DNA of 58,288 nucleotides, the filler included, from Sphacelaria rigidula (Eukaryota), in NCBI GenBank assembly GCA_964200075.2. It is 8 parts of 8 records of this genome, joined end to end, with 100 filler letters (N's around TTAATTAATTAA, not from the genome) between each part and the next. Parts side by side here need not be neighbours in the genome. Positions count along the whole stretch, not along the records: positions 7,300 to 14,498 come from CAXNAA020016000.1; positions 14,599 to 21,797 come from CAXNAA020016001.1; 6 more parts are not named here. One strand, given 5' to 3'. The notes beneath the pieces were generated by a model. It saw nothing but the letters and a program-made list of their open reading frames with translations, did not search any database and was not told the DNA's origin. Of this stretch, positions 9,706 through 21,797 are shown piece by piece. The translations under genes and the position numbers were made by a program. Each line of letters opens with the position of its first letter. Within the stretch, counting starts at the first letter, position 1.

Positions 9706-12388
9706 AGATCCCGAGGAAAGAATTTTGGGCGTTCAATCTGAACCAGCTCGTAGGTCCTCATAACATAAATGACCATCTATCAGACCAAAAGTTTCCTTCC
9801 CCACCGCACATTTGCGATCGAAAATACACATACCCGTAGGTTCCAGATGGGGGCAAGAAATATGAGTCGCAACATTTTTCGACCAATCAGCCTTTGAATG
9901 TACGAAAATGCGACAACCTTCCACCGATCAGATCGGGGGAACGAGTTGCATGTGAGTTGCAAAATAGCTTTGATTGCTCAATACATTGCGCCGCTGCGAG
10001 GTGGACAGCTGCGACCATCAATTGCTGAGGATACAGCAGCTTCGTGCTGGCTCAGTTTGTTTACCCCAACCTGCACACGCACTCACTCGCCTTGCGTGTC
10101 TCCCCCGATTCCAGCACGCGACCACAACTGGAGTATTTAACAAGACGCAACGGACAGCTGCACAGCCATCACGTGATGTTTTCAACGTTTTGTAGACGGC
10201 ACTTCGATCCCGCCCCGATTCTGTACAGACCGAAACATGGCACGCAGCAGTACAGCTGTTCAGGCACTCCGCAGCGCACATCACGCCATATTCGTCGTAG
10301 AATGTCCAAATGCACAACACAACGGCGACAGCTACAGCATAGAAATAATGGGTGTGGGAAACGCCTTGTTCGTTTGACGGAAGGCGAAACAGCCAACACA
10401 CCATCAAGTTTTGAACCGTCAGTGTGTAGACAGCACTGCGTGCCGACGAACATTGTCCCTTTTGGAACCCTTCCTTCCTGTCCCCGGGCAAAACGCCTCA
10501 CTATGAGAAGCCTTGCAGAGGAAAATATGGAAGCAGAAAAGGCCGACGGTAACCACTTTATAATGGAAGACCGAAGAAGAATCCAGTAGCACACGCGGCG
10601 GATGCAGGAAAAATGTCCTCCCTGGAGAGGTCGGGTGAGGCTTGTCCAGTGTATGCCACGCAACGGATGAAGTGCGTCCAATTGTTTCCATTGACAATAT
10701 TCAGCAATATCACTATGAAACATTCCATTCAAAGAAGAGCAATGGGTTCCAGGGTCTGATACGGCACATCGGTAAATGAGAAACCCTCGTTTGTTCCACT
10801 TGTCACTCGCACGGGTCTGAAAAATACGCATTTGGTGAATGCTGTTGCGTCTGAGCTGTAAACCATCAACCATATGTTGATAAAAAATCGTCAACTACAA
10901 ATGATCAATTTTCCATTGTGAGTTCCAAAAGGGTTATGTTGTATAGAGGCGAACACAATGAACACAATGGCAACAAAGCAACTCGGGCAGTCTCAGCGGG
11001 GATTAAACCGCTTTCGCAAAGGTCTGAACACAACACAGCGCTGTGACAGCTACAGGGTGGTACAGGGTGAACGACCGGAATTCACTCCCCAGTGATGGCT
11101 CACCCCGTTTTTTGGAGTTAGACCCTGAATTTTTGCGTACGGACGCTCTGACATGTTTAGAACGGCCGTATGAATGGGGTATTTCGATTTGTTTATTTCG
11201 CCAGATACCTGGAGTCCCAGGAGGGGGGATCAGACCTTCCCTTGCGGGACCGCAGAAGAAGAAAAAACGCGGAAGACCCCATTCATCAAGCCCTTCTATT
11301 AATGAATATCATAACACTCGTAGGAAAACAATCAAGGACTAACTCCAAAAATCGGCGTGAGCCGTTGGCCGTTTGTGCGTTGAAGTGTACAGATGTACGC
11401 GGAGCCTCCCTAATTACCTGATTCCAGTATCCTACCAACGTCTTCCTCGCGCGCTTCACCTCAAATCGACCGTTTGGGATGACATTTTCGAGTTACGCGA
11501 TGAAACTCTGTACGGTCGTTCCTTGGACTACGTCGGTACGAGTCAATGGTGAAGGAAATGTTTTGAAGCAACATGTACCAACTTCTTGGGGTCATCACGC
11601 TGGGACCCCCGAAAGCTGGTAAAGCGGATAACCTTTGTCATGCTCTTCAACGTTTTTTTCCCCCATTCGTAGCACTCATATCTACCAAACTGCCAAGTTT
11701 GAGGATGATCGGAGCTTCTGTACAAAAGTTACAAGGGAAAACGTAAATAAACCTTCTGGGTCTTCGATGCATATCGTCAGTGTATAGCGGACCACGCCAA
11801 AAACCCTCATCACTGAAACGCCACGTTTTGAGATATAACTCGATCCCATGCAGCCCGTCTTCAAAACTATTTTTTTGCGTTAGATTCCCTAGCTGATGGC
11901 GATTTTCTGAGGTTTGATTCGTGATGATATTGGGTACAAATTGAGTCGGGAATTCGCATTTTTGATTTCAGAACACGATTGTAAGGCTGCTGATTGGCCT
12001 GGAAACATTTTCAGCAAAGAACACGAGAAGAAGTCTGGCCACGTCACACAGTTCCCTTGCTCGTGCGGGTCACTATTATTCCAAATGTGTTCCATATCGG
12101 GTCGGTTTTGCGTTTTTCAGTGGGGAAGAATTATCAGGCATTCACCCTGAATCAGCCTGTACAGCACACGAGCGAAGGCCTGAGTGAGCTTGTGCTGCAG
12201 CACAGTGAAACAGAACATATCCCGTATGATTGTACTTCCCTCGATTTGTACGGGTTCTCATTTTTTTGTCGAGTGCCGATTTATAAACGCTCGGCCATAA
12301 TCGCGCTCGGGGCGACAATCTTTTATTTCACTTCGAGTTACCCCTATCTGTGGGAGGTGAGCCGAAAAATTATGTGCTCAAGGCCACT

Positions 12389-12849
12389 TCTTCGGGGTTT
12401 GGAGAAAACAATCCTGTCGAAAACTGCCTCGTGGGCCCTTCTGCGTCGTTTCATGCCCGAAAAGCGGGTTAGGCAGACGTTGATACCTTGGAATGGCGTG
12501 CTCTACTCGTTGAAACCGTTCCACGGCAACTTTGCGTTTCCCGCTGGCCTTAGTTTTAGTTTCGGCCGAACCTGCATTTTCGATAGCAGACGGTCGAGTA
12601 GTGATGGAAAAAAACTGCCATTTTTTTTCAGTTTGTGATAACTCGACCGCCTGTTATCAAAAATGCAAGTTCGGCCAGAAATAATACTGCGGCCAGCGGG
12701 AAACGCAAAGTTGCCGTGGAACGGCCTCGACGAGTAGAGCAAGTTATTCCAAGGTTTCAACATCCGCCTAGACCTCTTTTCGGGCATAAAACGACGGAGA
12801 AAGGCCCGAAAGGCAGTTTTCGACAGGATTTTTCTCCAAACCCAGAAGA
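12389..12849. mobile_element. Hairpin foldback element, ~210-bp arms, ~40-nt loop
   Basis: 12389-12600 is the reverse complement of 12640-12849. The ORF track shows near-identical peptides on opposite strands (KILSKTA..LRRFMPEKR..PFHGNFAFPAG). Confidence 0.9.
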
Positions 12850-13177
12850 TTTGATCCAAGACACGCCCTTTTTTAGTCGTGTGTCCCATTTTTGTCATGG
12901 GCATTCAACCATATAGGTGAAGGGGCACAAACGTGCTTTATTTATACTCCGTCCGTGGTCTTCGCCGCCTGTCTGACCCCCCCCCTTGTGTCGCCAGCAT
13001 AGCTTTGCTTTGTAGTGTTGGTGTGGAAAACTAAGCCTAGACATCGGCGGCGTGCAGCAGGCTATGTTCATTAGAGAGCGATGACATGCTCACTCTCCGG
13101 CCGTTGTATCCAGCGAAGACAGGGCACATCATACATATTTGTGCTGACTATGCACGCACTTGACTGTAAAAAATAAT

Positions 13178-13585
13178 AGAAAAATCTTGTTGAGAAGTGC
13201 CCTTTTGGTCATTGTCCGTCGTTTATCGCCCGAAAAGAGGGCTAGGCGAATGTCGACTCATTGGAATGACTTGCTCTACTCGTTGAGACCGTTCCTGAGC
13301 ACCTTTACGTTTTTCGATGGTCACAGTTTCGTTTTTGACCAAGCTTGCACTTTTAAGAGTAATCCCTCCAGTTATATAGGGACAGTTTTGATAACTTGAC
13401 CGTTTGCTATTGAAAATGCAAACTTGGTCGAGAACAACACTGTGACCACCGGAAACGCAAAGGTGCCCTAGAGCCGGGTCAACGGATAGAACAAGTCATC
13501 CCGAGGTGTCAACACCGGCCTAGCCCGCCGTTCGGACGTGAAACGACGGAGAGGGGCAAAAAAGACACTTTTCAACAAGTTTTTT
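13178..13585. mobile_element. Second, diverged copy of the same hairpin foldback family
   Basis: The arms are complementary to each other and homologous to 12389-12849 (cccgaaaagagggctaggc, gctctactcgttga, aaaatgcaa, ggaaacgcaaag). Confidence 0.85.
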
Positions 13586-13986
13586 TTTTTTTCCCCTACA
13601 CATAACAAGTGGCCTTAGGGGTACTGCCCTCCGGAACTAATCGCTATGTAGATGCCCAACATCCACACATCGATCACAAAAAATCGTGTTGTGTAGCGAG
13701 AGACGGCTGTTTTGAGCCCCATATGTGGCATATATAGTCCATCTGATTCCATCCGAGGCGGGTTCGCAGTGTAAAGGTTGAGGCAGCTCCTCGCGGTTGG
13801 TATTTTTTTTTCGTTGGATCATTCAGTCTTGGGACATTGGATCTAGTTTTTGGCCCCTAAACAGTTTTTGTACGTCTTAATCTCACTGTGTCGTTCTGTT
13901 CTATTGTACTTTTTTTTTTTCTCTGTTCCACCTTCCTCTTCAGCGGGTGTTGAGGTTTTGTTGTGTCTTGGATACGTCCATCATGC

Positions 13987-14043
13987 GACCACGGCTGGAT
14001 CCCTGGGGGGGCAGTTAAAGTGCGACAATCAATCAACCAATCA
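13987..14043 (+). mobile_element. LINE/SINE 3' terminus with GATCCC/GGGATC stem-loop and (CAAT)n tail; copies at 31061-31124(-), 38791-38860(+), 46750-46798(-), 48254-48305(+)
   Basis: Shared motif gaccacggctggatccct.ggggatcagtt.a.gtgcgacaatcaatc, each preceded by pyrimidine-rich sequence. Short-tandem tails are typical of RTE-clade elements. Confidence 0.7.
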
Positions 14044-15124
14044 TCATGTCTTGGACATCTGTTGCCTCACCCCACCGAGAGGAGTCTACAATAGCCTACT
14101 TTTTGCCGATTCGCTCAGCTCCGACGCTTCGAGAAGGAGACACACAATCTAGCTTGACATCAGGAAAATTGGCCCCTGAAGGAAATTTGCAGTGACGACA
14201 GTGTTATTCCTTTTCCATGATGTGCAGGCGATATTTTGGAAGGTTAGGCGTCGAGGCAAGGCGCACCTCGATGTGTCATGATGCCGGAGCTTGAAGGATA
14301 TCTTGGTTGGTGCTGTGGAAACGGCTGTAGATTTTGTTTTGAGATTTCGTCCGACGGCGGTCCCCGCGAGGTTTGTTGGAGGATGTCTCTCGCAATCATA
14401 CAGCTAGATGGACGCTAGTAGGAATCGGGCGCTCACGTGTTGTGGTGAAGAGTCTTCAGGTTTTTCGGTTGCCATGTCATATCGTGGTGAACGTATAANN
14501 NNNNNNNNNNNNNNNNNNNNNNNNNNNNNNNNNNNNNNNNNNTTAATTAATTAANNNNNNNNNNNNNNNNNNNNNNNNNNNNNNNNNNNNNNNNNNNNGC
14601 GCAACCGGTTGCGAGTCCCGAGCATTTTGAACAAGATAAATGGAATTTCGATGGTCCGTTGAACCTCATAAAAATGTTTAACCTCAACAACGATTCCAGG
14701 CTGTTCTTTGGTACCTGTCTATGGGGGTGCCGAGGGTTGTTGATTTGATCCTCGCTTGGTGGCCATTGTATAATCCCTCCTCTTGTATTTCCTCTATTTT
14801 TTTCCCCCCATTCCCGCCCCTTTTCTTCCTGAAGAAGTAGATCTGTTGAGTTTGTTTTACCTTACCACTATCAATTCGGGGGAAGCTATTTCTCGTCTAT
14901 TTTCTCGACGTTCTTCTTCTTGCTTAGGCTTGCTGTCACTCTGTTCGTTTTGGAGGGGGGAGTCTTGGGAGAAACGATGAGAGCTCTCATCTCTCGAAAG
15001 GAAAAGAGCAAGAATGGTATTGGAAACACGAGCCTACGTCTGTGACGACGGGTTCGAGAGATCAAGCTCTTGTGCGGAATTAAAAGTTGTGAGATTTTGT
15101 CAAATAACCAGTTCGAGATTCAGA

Positions 15125-15358
15125 GCCGGTCACCCCGGTGGCTCAGTTGGTAAGCTCGAACCTTCTGACGGTTGCGCCGTGGGTTCAAATCTCGATGGGG
15201 GAGTTTTTTTCACACCAGCCCCAAGCAGTGGAGAGCGACTACGTTGTGGGTACATCAAATTCGATTTCACGGTCGACAAGGGAAACGGATCGCTGAACAC
15301 ATCTAGCATTGAAAAATGGCAAGCACAGCAGAAGAGAGGTAAAGCACTAAAAAAAAAA
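15125..15358 (+). mobile_element. tRNA-derived SINE with poly(A) end
   Basis: A-box TGGCTCAGTTGG (15139-15150), B-box GGTTCAAATC (15182-15191) and an A10 run at 15349-15358. The head recurs at 25925 and 36330. Confidence 0.8.
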
Positions 15359-15581
15359 CATGTATGTGATGACCTTCCTCCTGTGTGACCCCGGCTGATA
15401 CGCCCACACATGTTTCGAAAGGTGCAGACTGACGTCCAAAATAGGTGGGATGACAACACACGTAGATATTCCGTATTTTTGTTCGGGGATCCTCTTTGAG
15501 TTACAAAACAGGGATCCCTCAACCCTTCGTCAAATATATCGGGAGCACCGAGTTCGAGAAACCTTCAGCAAGCGCTACATT

Positions 15582-15619
15582 GTAGTAGTAGTAGTAGTAG
15601 TAGTAGTAGTTGCTGTTGC

Positions 15620-15657
<38 letters not shown>
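15582..15657. repeat. Compound (GTA)n(GTT)n microsatellite
   Basis: Seen directly; possibly the tail of a minus-strand retroposon extending to ~16170. Confidence 0.95.
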
Positions 15658-15658
<1 letters not shown>

Positions 15659-16239
15659 CATCTTCATATTCAAAACCATTCCGATATCCGCGCAGTACTC
15701 CATAGTGGGCATCTGATGCGGACGCCTTCCGTGATCATAATCTGACTACTCACTAAGTATGGTGAAATCAAAATACAATACAATATAGGGCCAGGAAACT
15801 TCGCAAAGACATGATACAAAGAAAAATAAATACTGCAGAGGTTCACCTCATATTTTCCGGCGCCGCATTGGACGACCATTCGGACTACTAGAGGCAGAGC
15901 CCAATGTTCCCACCCAACAAGCGAGGCCAAATTGAAATGGAGCCAAACTCAGGGATCACAGATCACTGACCATAGCGACAAGAATCGCATGGCTCTATCC
16001 TTCTACCTCTAGAGGGACAGCCATAGAAGGACGAATATACTACTCGTAGGTATAACGGAACAAAATATACACACCTCATAACAACATAGCACCTTGGGGG
16101 AGGGGTACAACGGGAGGTAGGGATTAGTGAGAAAAAGAAAGACATGGGGGATGAAAAAGGAAGACATGGGGGATGTTGGGAATTCCGGCCACGTCCTCCA
16201 TGCCGTTGCGAATCAAGATGCTACAGTCTATAATATTCA

Positions 16240-16392
16240 TCAGTGTTGAATACCGAACGGGGAAAAAGTTCGATACGATATTTTCAACGTATCGACTTCA
16301 AGACGTCGATATCGATATTTCGTTCGATACGCGGAAAATGACCCGATACGTATCGATACTCGATACTAATTCTCGATACGATACGATACGAC
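16240..16392. mobile_element. hAT-like transposon end (CAGTGTTG terminus with CGATAC/GTATCG subterminal repeats)
   Basis: Dense cluster of cgatac/atcgat motifs in both orientations directly after cagtgttg. Confidence 0.5.
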
Positions 16393-17374
16393 TGTTTTGG
16401 TGGGGACACAGCTTGCAAGACCTCACGGTACTACACTGACACTAGCAACCTAACCCGAAGTGGGGGCACGCCTGATTGTATGAAGGTACAGCAGCACCAG
16501 TATGTGATTTGTGATTTGTTATCTGACATCATAGAAGTGGCGGCATAACACGCGGCGTGATGCTTCGGTTTGACCAAAATGGTCCATCGTGCAAGGAGCA
16601 AGTCGCAAAAGAGGTAGTTGATCACAACTCGAGGTGTGATGCACGATAATGTGTTGTTCAAGCCGGTGATACACCGAAATATATTCCGCGGCCACTATTC
16701 CGTCATGTTTTTTTCGAATTTGAGCATTTACCTCGGCTCTGCGCACTGCGCACTGCGAACACACCCACTGTTCAATAACAAAACCAAACGTCGAAACTGA
16801 GTGAAAAATAATGGTGAATGCAAATGCGCGCTCGCTTTTCCTGTTCTCCATACCAAACGAGGGATACGTCGGCAGCATAGGTCCAATTTTTCCATTGTCG
16901 GTTGCACAACGAAGTATACTCTCCAGACTCCCAAACACCGAAGCAAAATAATTCCAAAGCTTGTGTAATAAACTGGATATGCTGAGAAGAGATGGCCGTC
17001 TACCCTCACACGCAGGACACTCCCGCCGACTTGAAGCATTCACACGGCATCCGCGGTAATCTGTTGCACCCTTTCTGAGGTCTGCACACGAGATACCGCA
17101 AAACTATCAACTGCAACGTGCAAACACTGTAGAAACGTCGGACTTCGCGGGTAACTCTGCTTGCCCGCTCTCTCCACTCTTGGTTGAGTGGCACTGCGGC
17201 GGTCACTGGTGCAGCAGCAGCCGCCGTAGCAGACGCTGATACAAACGGATCGGCGGAAACGTCGAGCGTAAACTGTTGCAAATTTAGACAGGGCAGTCTA
17301 AGTTCGTTGTGTGTGATTGAAATCGTCGCTGCAAGGTACTGTACAGTATAAGCGGCACGACTTGAATGTTGTTT

Positions 17375-17744
17375 TGTTGCGGTTCAGGTGAAACTGTGAA
17401 CCACGGATGTATGTGTCGTTTCACTATACGTTTTTCATGGTAAATTCGGGGACGTTTGAAGATCTTTTTGGTTTGCGTACAGCATTGGTTTTTCTCCAGG
17501 GAGTGGAAAGTGCTGAGGCTCGCTTTCGCTCGCCACCTCTTCTCACTCTCCCCAGTAACCCAGTTTTTGCTTCAGCAGCCCTCTCTTGCAAAAGAGGGTG
17601 TTTGATATTTTAGGCCAAAAGCGCCGAACTACACCATCTTGGTTTTCACTCCACTGCTTCTCGCAAGTAGCTTTACCGCTAAAGTGCAAGCCTCTGCTAA
17701 ACTGTCCAGTGAGACAGTGCCGTGCCAGCGAATGATTTCCAACC
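17375..17744 (+). mobile_element. Putative 5' LTR of the Copia element
   Basis: Starts TGTTG and ends CCAAC(C), a one-base deviation from CAACA, immediately before the PBS-like motif and gag-pol. No 3' LTR is on the contig to confirm it. Confidence 0.55.
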
Positions 17745-17759
17745 GGTTATCAGCCTTGA
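17745..17759 (+). promoter_or_regulatory. Primer-binding site GGTTATCAGCCTTGA, complementary to a tRNA-Ile anticodon arm (tRNA-half primer type)
   Basis: The reverse complement reads CAAGG-CT-GAT-AA-CC, i.e. 5' anticodon stem, anticodon loop and the start of the 3' stem. Confidence 0.6.
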
Positions 17760-18029
17760 TTCGCGACCACATGGGCCAACAGGTGCCTTTGATTCGCGAT
17801 CACCTAGGTCTTCAGGTCATCAGCCTTCGGTTCGAGATAACATCGGTCAGCACGAGCGAGGAGGTGTCACATCAAGGTCGCCACAGCAGCGACAATCAAG
17901 ATTCCAAGAACCCTGATCTTTCCTGAAGATCTGCAGATGTGAAGAGAAAGTTTCATTAGGAACGTGAAGCAGAGGAATACGTCGGGAGAGCCATCTGTAA
18001 CTCAGCTCATCAAGAGCATCAACAAGTTC

Positions 18030-21000
18030 GACGGTACATAGTTCGTCGAGTGGATGCGCTCTACGCGCGCTATCATTTTTTAACTCATCCGGGGATTGCG
18101 GATATCCTCAACGGGGTCGAACGCCCAGCGGAACTCGAAGAAGATTTTTCAGAAGTAGATCTGCCACAACCAGCTGGCGCAAGACCTTGCCCTGCTAGAA
18201 CTCGTTTTCAAACCACCCGCCAGCAGTCGTCCATTCGACCGGAGTTCTCATCGGTGGAGGCAACCGCTGCGGACGAGACGATCGCAGCGGTGGATGGGAC
18301 TGGACCTACCGAAGAAGACCATCATTCTACACGAGATGCTCGTTCTCCGAGCGGGGTGTCACATGTGAGGTAGATTTCTAACACGCGTGAGATAGAAAGT
18401 TGGGACCGATGCAACCGACAGTTGGTCCACGTTTTGTACCTGTCTACAACCGGTCCCGCAGCGAGTTATTTGTTGCGTTTCCAGCCGAGGGATTCAGAGA
18501 GAAGCAACAATGCGAAATATGTATGCTAATCGCATGGCGCGAAGATATACCTCCGAGAAATCGCATGGCCGCGATTCATCATTGCTGGTGATATTACTGT
18601 CGAAAGCTTTGAGTCAACCACAAAAATTCCGTGGAAATTGCTACACCTGCGGGAGACCAGGGCATCAGGCCAGAGACTGTCGCTCCCAAACGCAGTCAAA
18701 CAATGGGAACAGGCCTGTAAAATGGTGCAGTTTCCATCATACTGACAAGCATGAAGATTCTGAGTGTAGATCTTAACAAAACTGCGGGAATGCGACCAAC
18801 AACGCTGGAAACAACAACAATAACCATCATCGTCGTAGAAACTCCCGCCATCGAAATAACAACCGTGACAATAGCAGCAGCAACAACAACAGTAGGAGCA
18901 ACCACAACAGCAACATCGGCAACAACAACTCCAACGTACATCAACGCCAAGCCAACACAGCCTTCGCCGATCTAGCTTCTACAACCGTACCATCGAACAA
19001 CAACGGCCTACAAACTTCTTCATCAACAGCTGCGACAGTGATAGATCCATCTTCACCACCTAACGGTATGGGATTTTCTTTTCTTTCCGGTTAATGTGTC
19101 ACTGATACATCCGATCAAATTTCTTTTCAGTTGACAGTGGATAGCGGCAACACCTGACACTTTCTGGATGATCAGTTGCTACCCGATATCGAACGTGAAA
19201 TGGTCGTGGTGGTCAAACTCGATCCCCCGATGACTATTTTAACAGCGGGACGCCATCTACTGCATGGTACAGCAAAAGGAGTTCTGAACACCGTGGTCAT
19301 TGACTCTGAGGATTACCAACGTTTTGTTCAGCTCCCAGCCGTGATTGTCCCAGGTTTGGGGGAGCATCTGTTCTCCCCTGTGCAAGCTCTTGCAAAAGGG
19401 GTTTCGACTATATTTTCTCACGAGTCCCACATCGACCTCGGAAAATTTAGAGTGCCAATCAAAAGTGACAGCAACGGAGCGTTGCAGTACATCAGGGTGA
19501 GAGTTTCTCGGAAACCGGGTAATATTGATAGCAGCTCAGCATGCACAGCTACAATTATGTCAGGAGAATCTATGAGCATCGGGTCAGCCGTTATTGCAGA
19601 AGCCATTCACCACGACATGCCGATAGTTTCAGCAGCCATGTCTGCCACAGCGGGAGCAGAACCGACAGCTTTGTCTACCACGACAGAAGCAGACATTTGG
19701 CATAGGCGACTTGGACATCCCACGGAGCAGGTCATTCGCCGCCTACTGAAAACTCCTGAATCAGGTGTAATCTTTGTGGGGTCACTGTCACCTTGTGTAA
19801 CGTGCAAGCTAAAAAAGTGTACAGCAAGACCACCCAAAGACTGTAGACTCCACGAATATTTCGGAACGACTGCAACTGGTCAGCACTGACCTAACAGGAC
19901 CAATTACGCCCACGGCGCAGGGGGGCTATCGTTACATGGCAAAATTTACGGATCACTTCTCGCGTTTCAAGGTAGTCTACTTTATCAAAACGAAGGACGA
20001 GACCCTAACGACGCTCTGCAGGTTCATCCAAGATTTGCCTATTCCTTTAGGACTCCGTGTACACCGTCTGCGGTCAGACCGTGGGGGTGAATACATCTCG
20101 GACTATTTTCAGAGGTTCTGCAAGACTACGGGTATCCGTCAAGAGTTCACCAGCCCATATACTCCTCAGCAGAATGGCATCAGTGAAAGAGACGGGCAAA
20201 GTACCTTGAACATTACACGTCATGTCCTGAACGAATCGAATATGCCGAAATTTCTTTGGGGAGAATTGCTGCAACTGCGGGTTTTCTAGTCAATCGCCTA
20301 CCGCACACAAGCATCGGCGGCGATCACCATATTTTCGGATTTTTTTTGAGCAACCGAAGCTATCATCCTTGAGGTCAATCAGCTCGGGGGCGTTTGTGCA
20401 CAGGGAGGGTCATCACAGTAAGTTAGAAGAAAAGGCTTGGGAAGGAGTGCTAGTAGGGTATGATTACGATAGTCCGTCGTACCGCATTTACAACCGCTAC
20501 TCGGGAAAAATACCCAGCTGCAGAAACGTCACTTTCATCGAACAAGTAACAGGAGCTCCTTACAGTGATGAAGATTTTTCGACATTGGATATCCAGGAAC
20601 CCGACGTATCTGCAGTTGATAAGGAACATCATGACGACACAAACAACTTCAACATGAATATCTACGATGGTATAGCTCAGCTAGAGGACAGCACCACGAA
20701 GGACAATTCACCGGCTACAGGGCCGCCTATCGCCCAAAGGAGGTTGTGTTCAGCCGGTGGTCCCAATCATCATCGTCCTGGGCCCGTTGACAAACGGCAA
20801 GCCAGTGAGCTAAAGCGACTAGCTTTCATGTCTTCTGGGGGTCAACATGCTGCAGCAACACTGGAAATGATATGTCAGTACACAGGCATTGTCGGAGCTG
20901 AACAGGATACACCACCCGCATCAATTTCAGTACCTACCAACTATCGACAGGCATCGAACTCACCATACGCGAAGAAATGGAAAGCAGCCATGCTGGACGA

Positions 21001-21736
21001 ACTTCAAATCATAAAAAATCATGAAGTAGCTGACATCATTCCGGCCAGCTCTATTCCCAGCAACAACAACATCATCGGTACAAGGTGGGTGTTTGAGGTC
21101 AAAGCCCACGGGCGTTTGAAAGCCCGATTGGTGGTTCAAGGTTGGTCTCAGAGGCATGGACTCAACTGCGGGAGTACTTTCTCTCCAGTTTGCAGGTTGG
21201 AAAGTCAGCGCTTGTTACTGGCAATTGCTACTGCGAAAAATTGGCCTACTTTAGCCCTCGACGTACAAATTGATTTCTTGAACGGCAAGCTACAGGAAAC
21301 AGTATTCTGTAGACAACCATCTGGCTTCAAGGCATTCGATCCAACTACAGGAGAACCACAAGTGATGCGTCTTAAGCGCGCGCTCTACGGACTGCGTCAG
21401 AGTCCAAAGGTGTGGAACGTTACAATGGATACGGGGCTGCGGAAAATGTTTTTTTAGCCACGGCAAGTGACCATGTGTCTACACAAAAGGATCCCATGAG
21501 GGATATGTGATGCTTACTCTGTATGTAGATGATGTCTTGATGACAGGACCGTCAATCAATATACTGCAACAGGTTCAGGATGCACTGAAGTCAAGATTCT
21601 CCATCTCCGACCTAGGACCAGTTTTTCTTTTTCTCAGTATAGAGGTCGTCAAGGATGAAGCGCGAGGAACTCTCAAAGTGTCACAGCATAGGTACGTAGA
21701 ATGAATGCTCAATAAATTCGGCATGGGGTCATCTAA
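18030..21736 (+). pseudogene. Ty1/Copia LTR retrotransposon gag-pol, decayed and truncated in RT
   Basis: Zn knuckle CYTCGRPGHQARDC (18639-18680); protease LTVDSG (~19131); IWHRRLGH..CVTC; integrase LRSDRGGEY and YTPQQNGISER; RT IIGTRWVF..KARLVVQG, LKRALYGLRQSP and LYVDD. The PR-IN-RT order is Copia. Several stops and frameshifts. Confidence 0.97.
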
Positions 21737-21738
21737 TA

Positions 21739-21797
21739 ACAGCCGATTTTAAATTTTGGGGTTCATACAAAATATGGGGTTGAAGTGGCAAATCGAT
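21739..21797. mobile_element. End of a TIR element (TA|ACAGCCGATTTT...) inserted in the Copia RT; opposite-orientation end at 36495-36559, degenerate copy at ~27545-27612
   Basis: acagccgattttaaattttggggttcatacaaaatatggggttgaagtggca is the near-exact reverse complement of 36508-36559; both ends are flanked by TA. Confidence 0.75.

Noticed and set aside
10590..10810. BED zinc finger of a hAT transposase (SNGFQGLIRHIGK)
   Set aside because: The Cys/Trp pattern cannot be reconstructed and no DDE domain follows; too weak to call.
11994..12904. Paired sense/antisense protein genes with similar peptides
   Set aside because: Explained by the DNA hairpin; no protein family is recognisable.
15125..15205. 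Functional tRNA gene (also 25925, 36330, 44290)
   Set aside because: A and B boxes are present but there is no consistent acceptor or anticodon stem. The copies diverge and run into SINE bodies.
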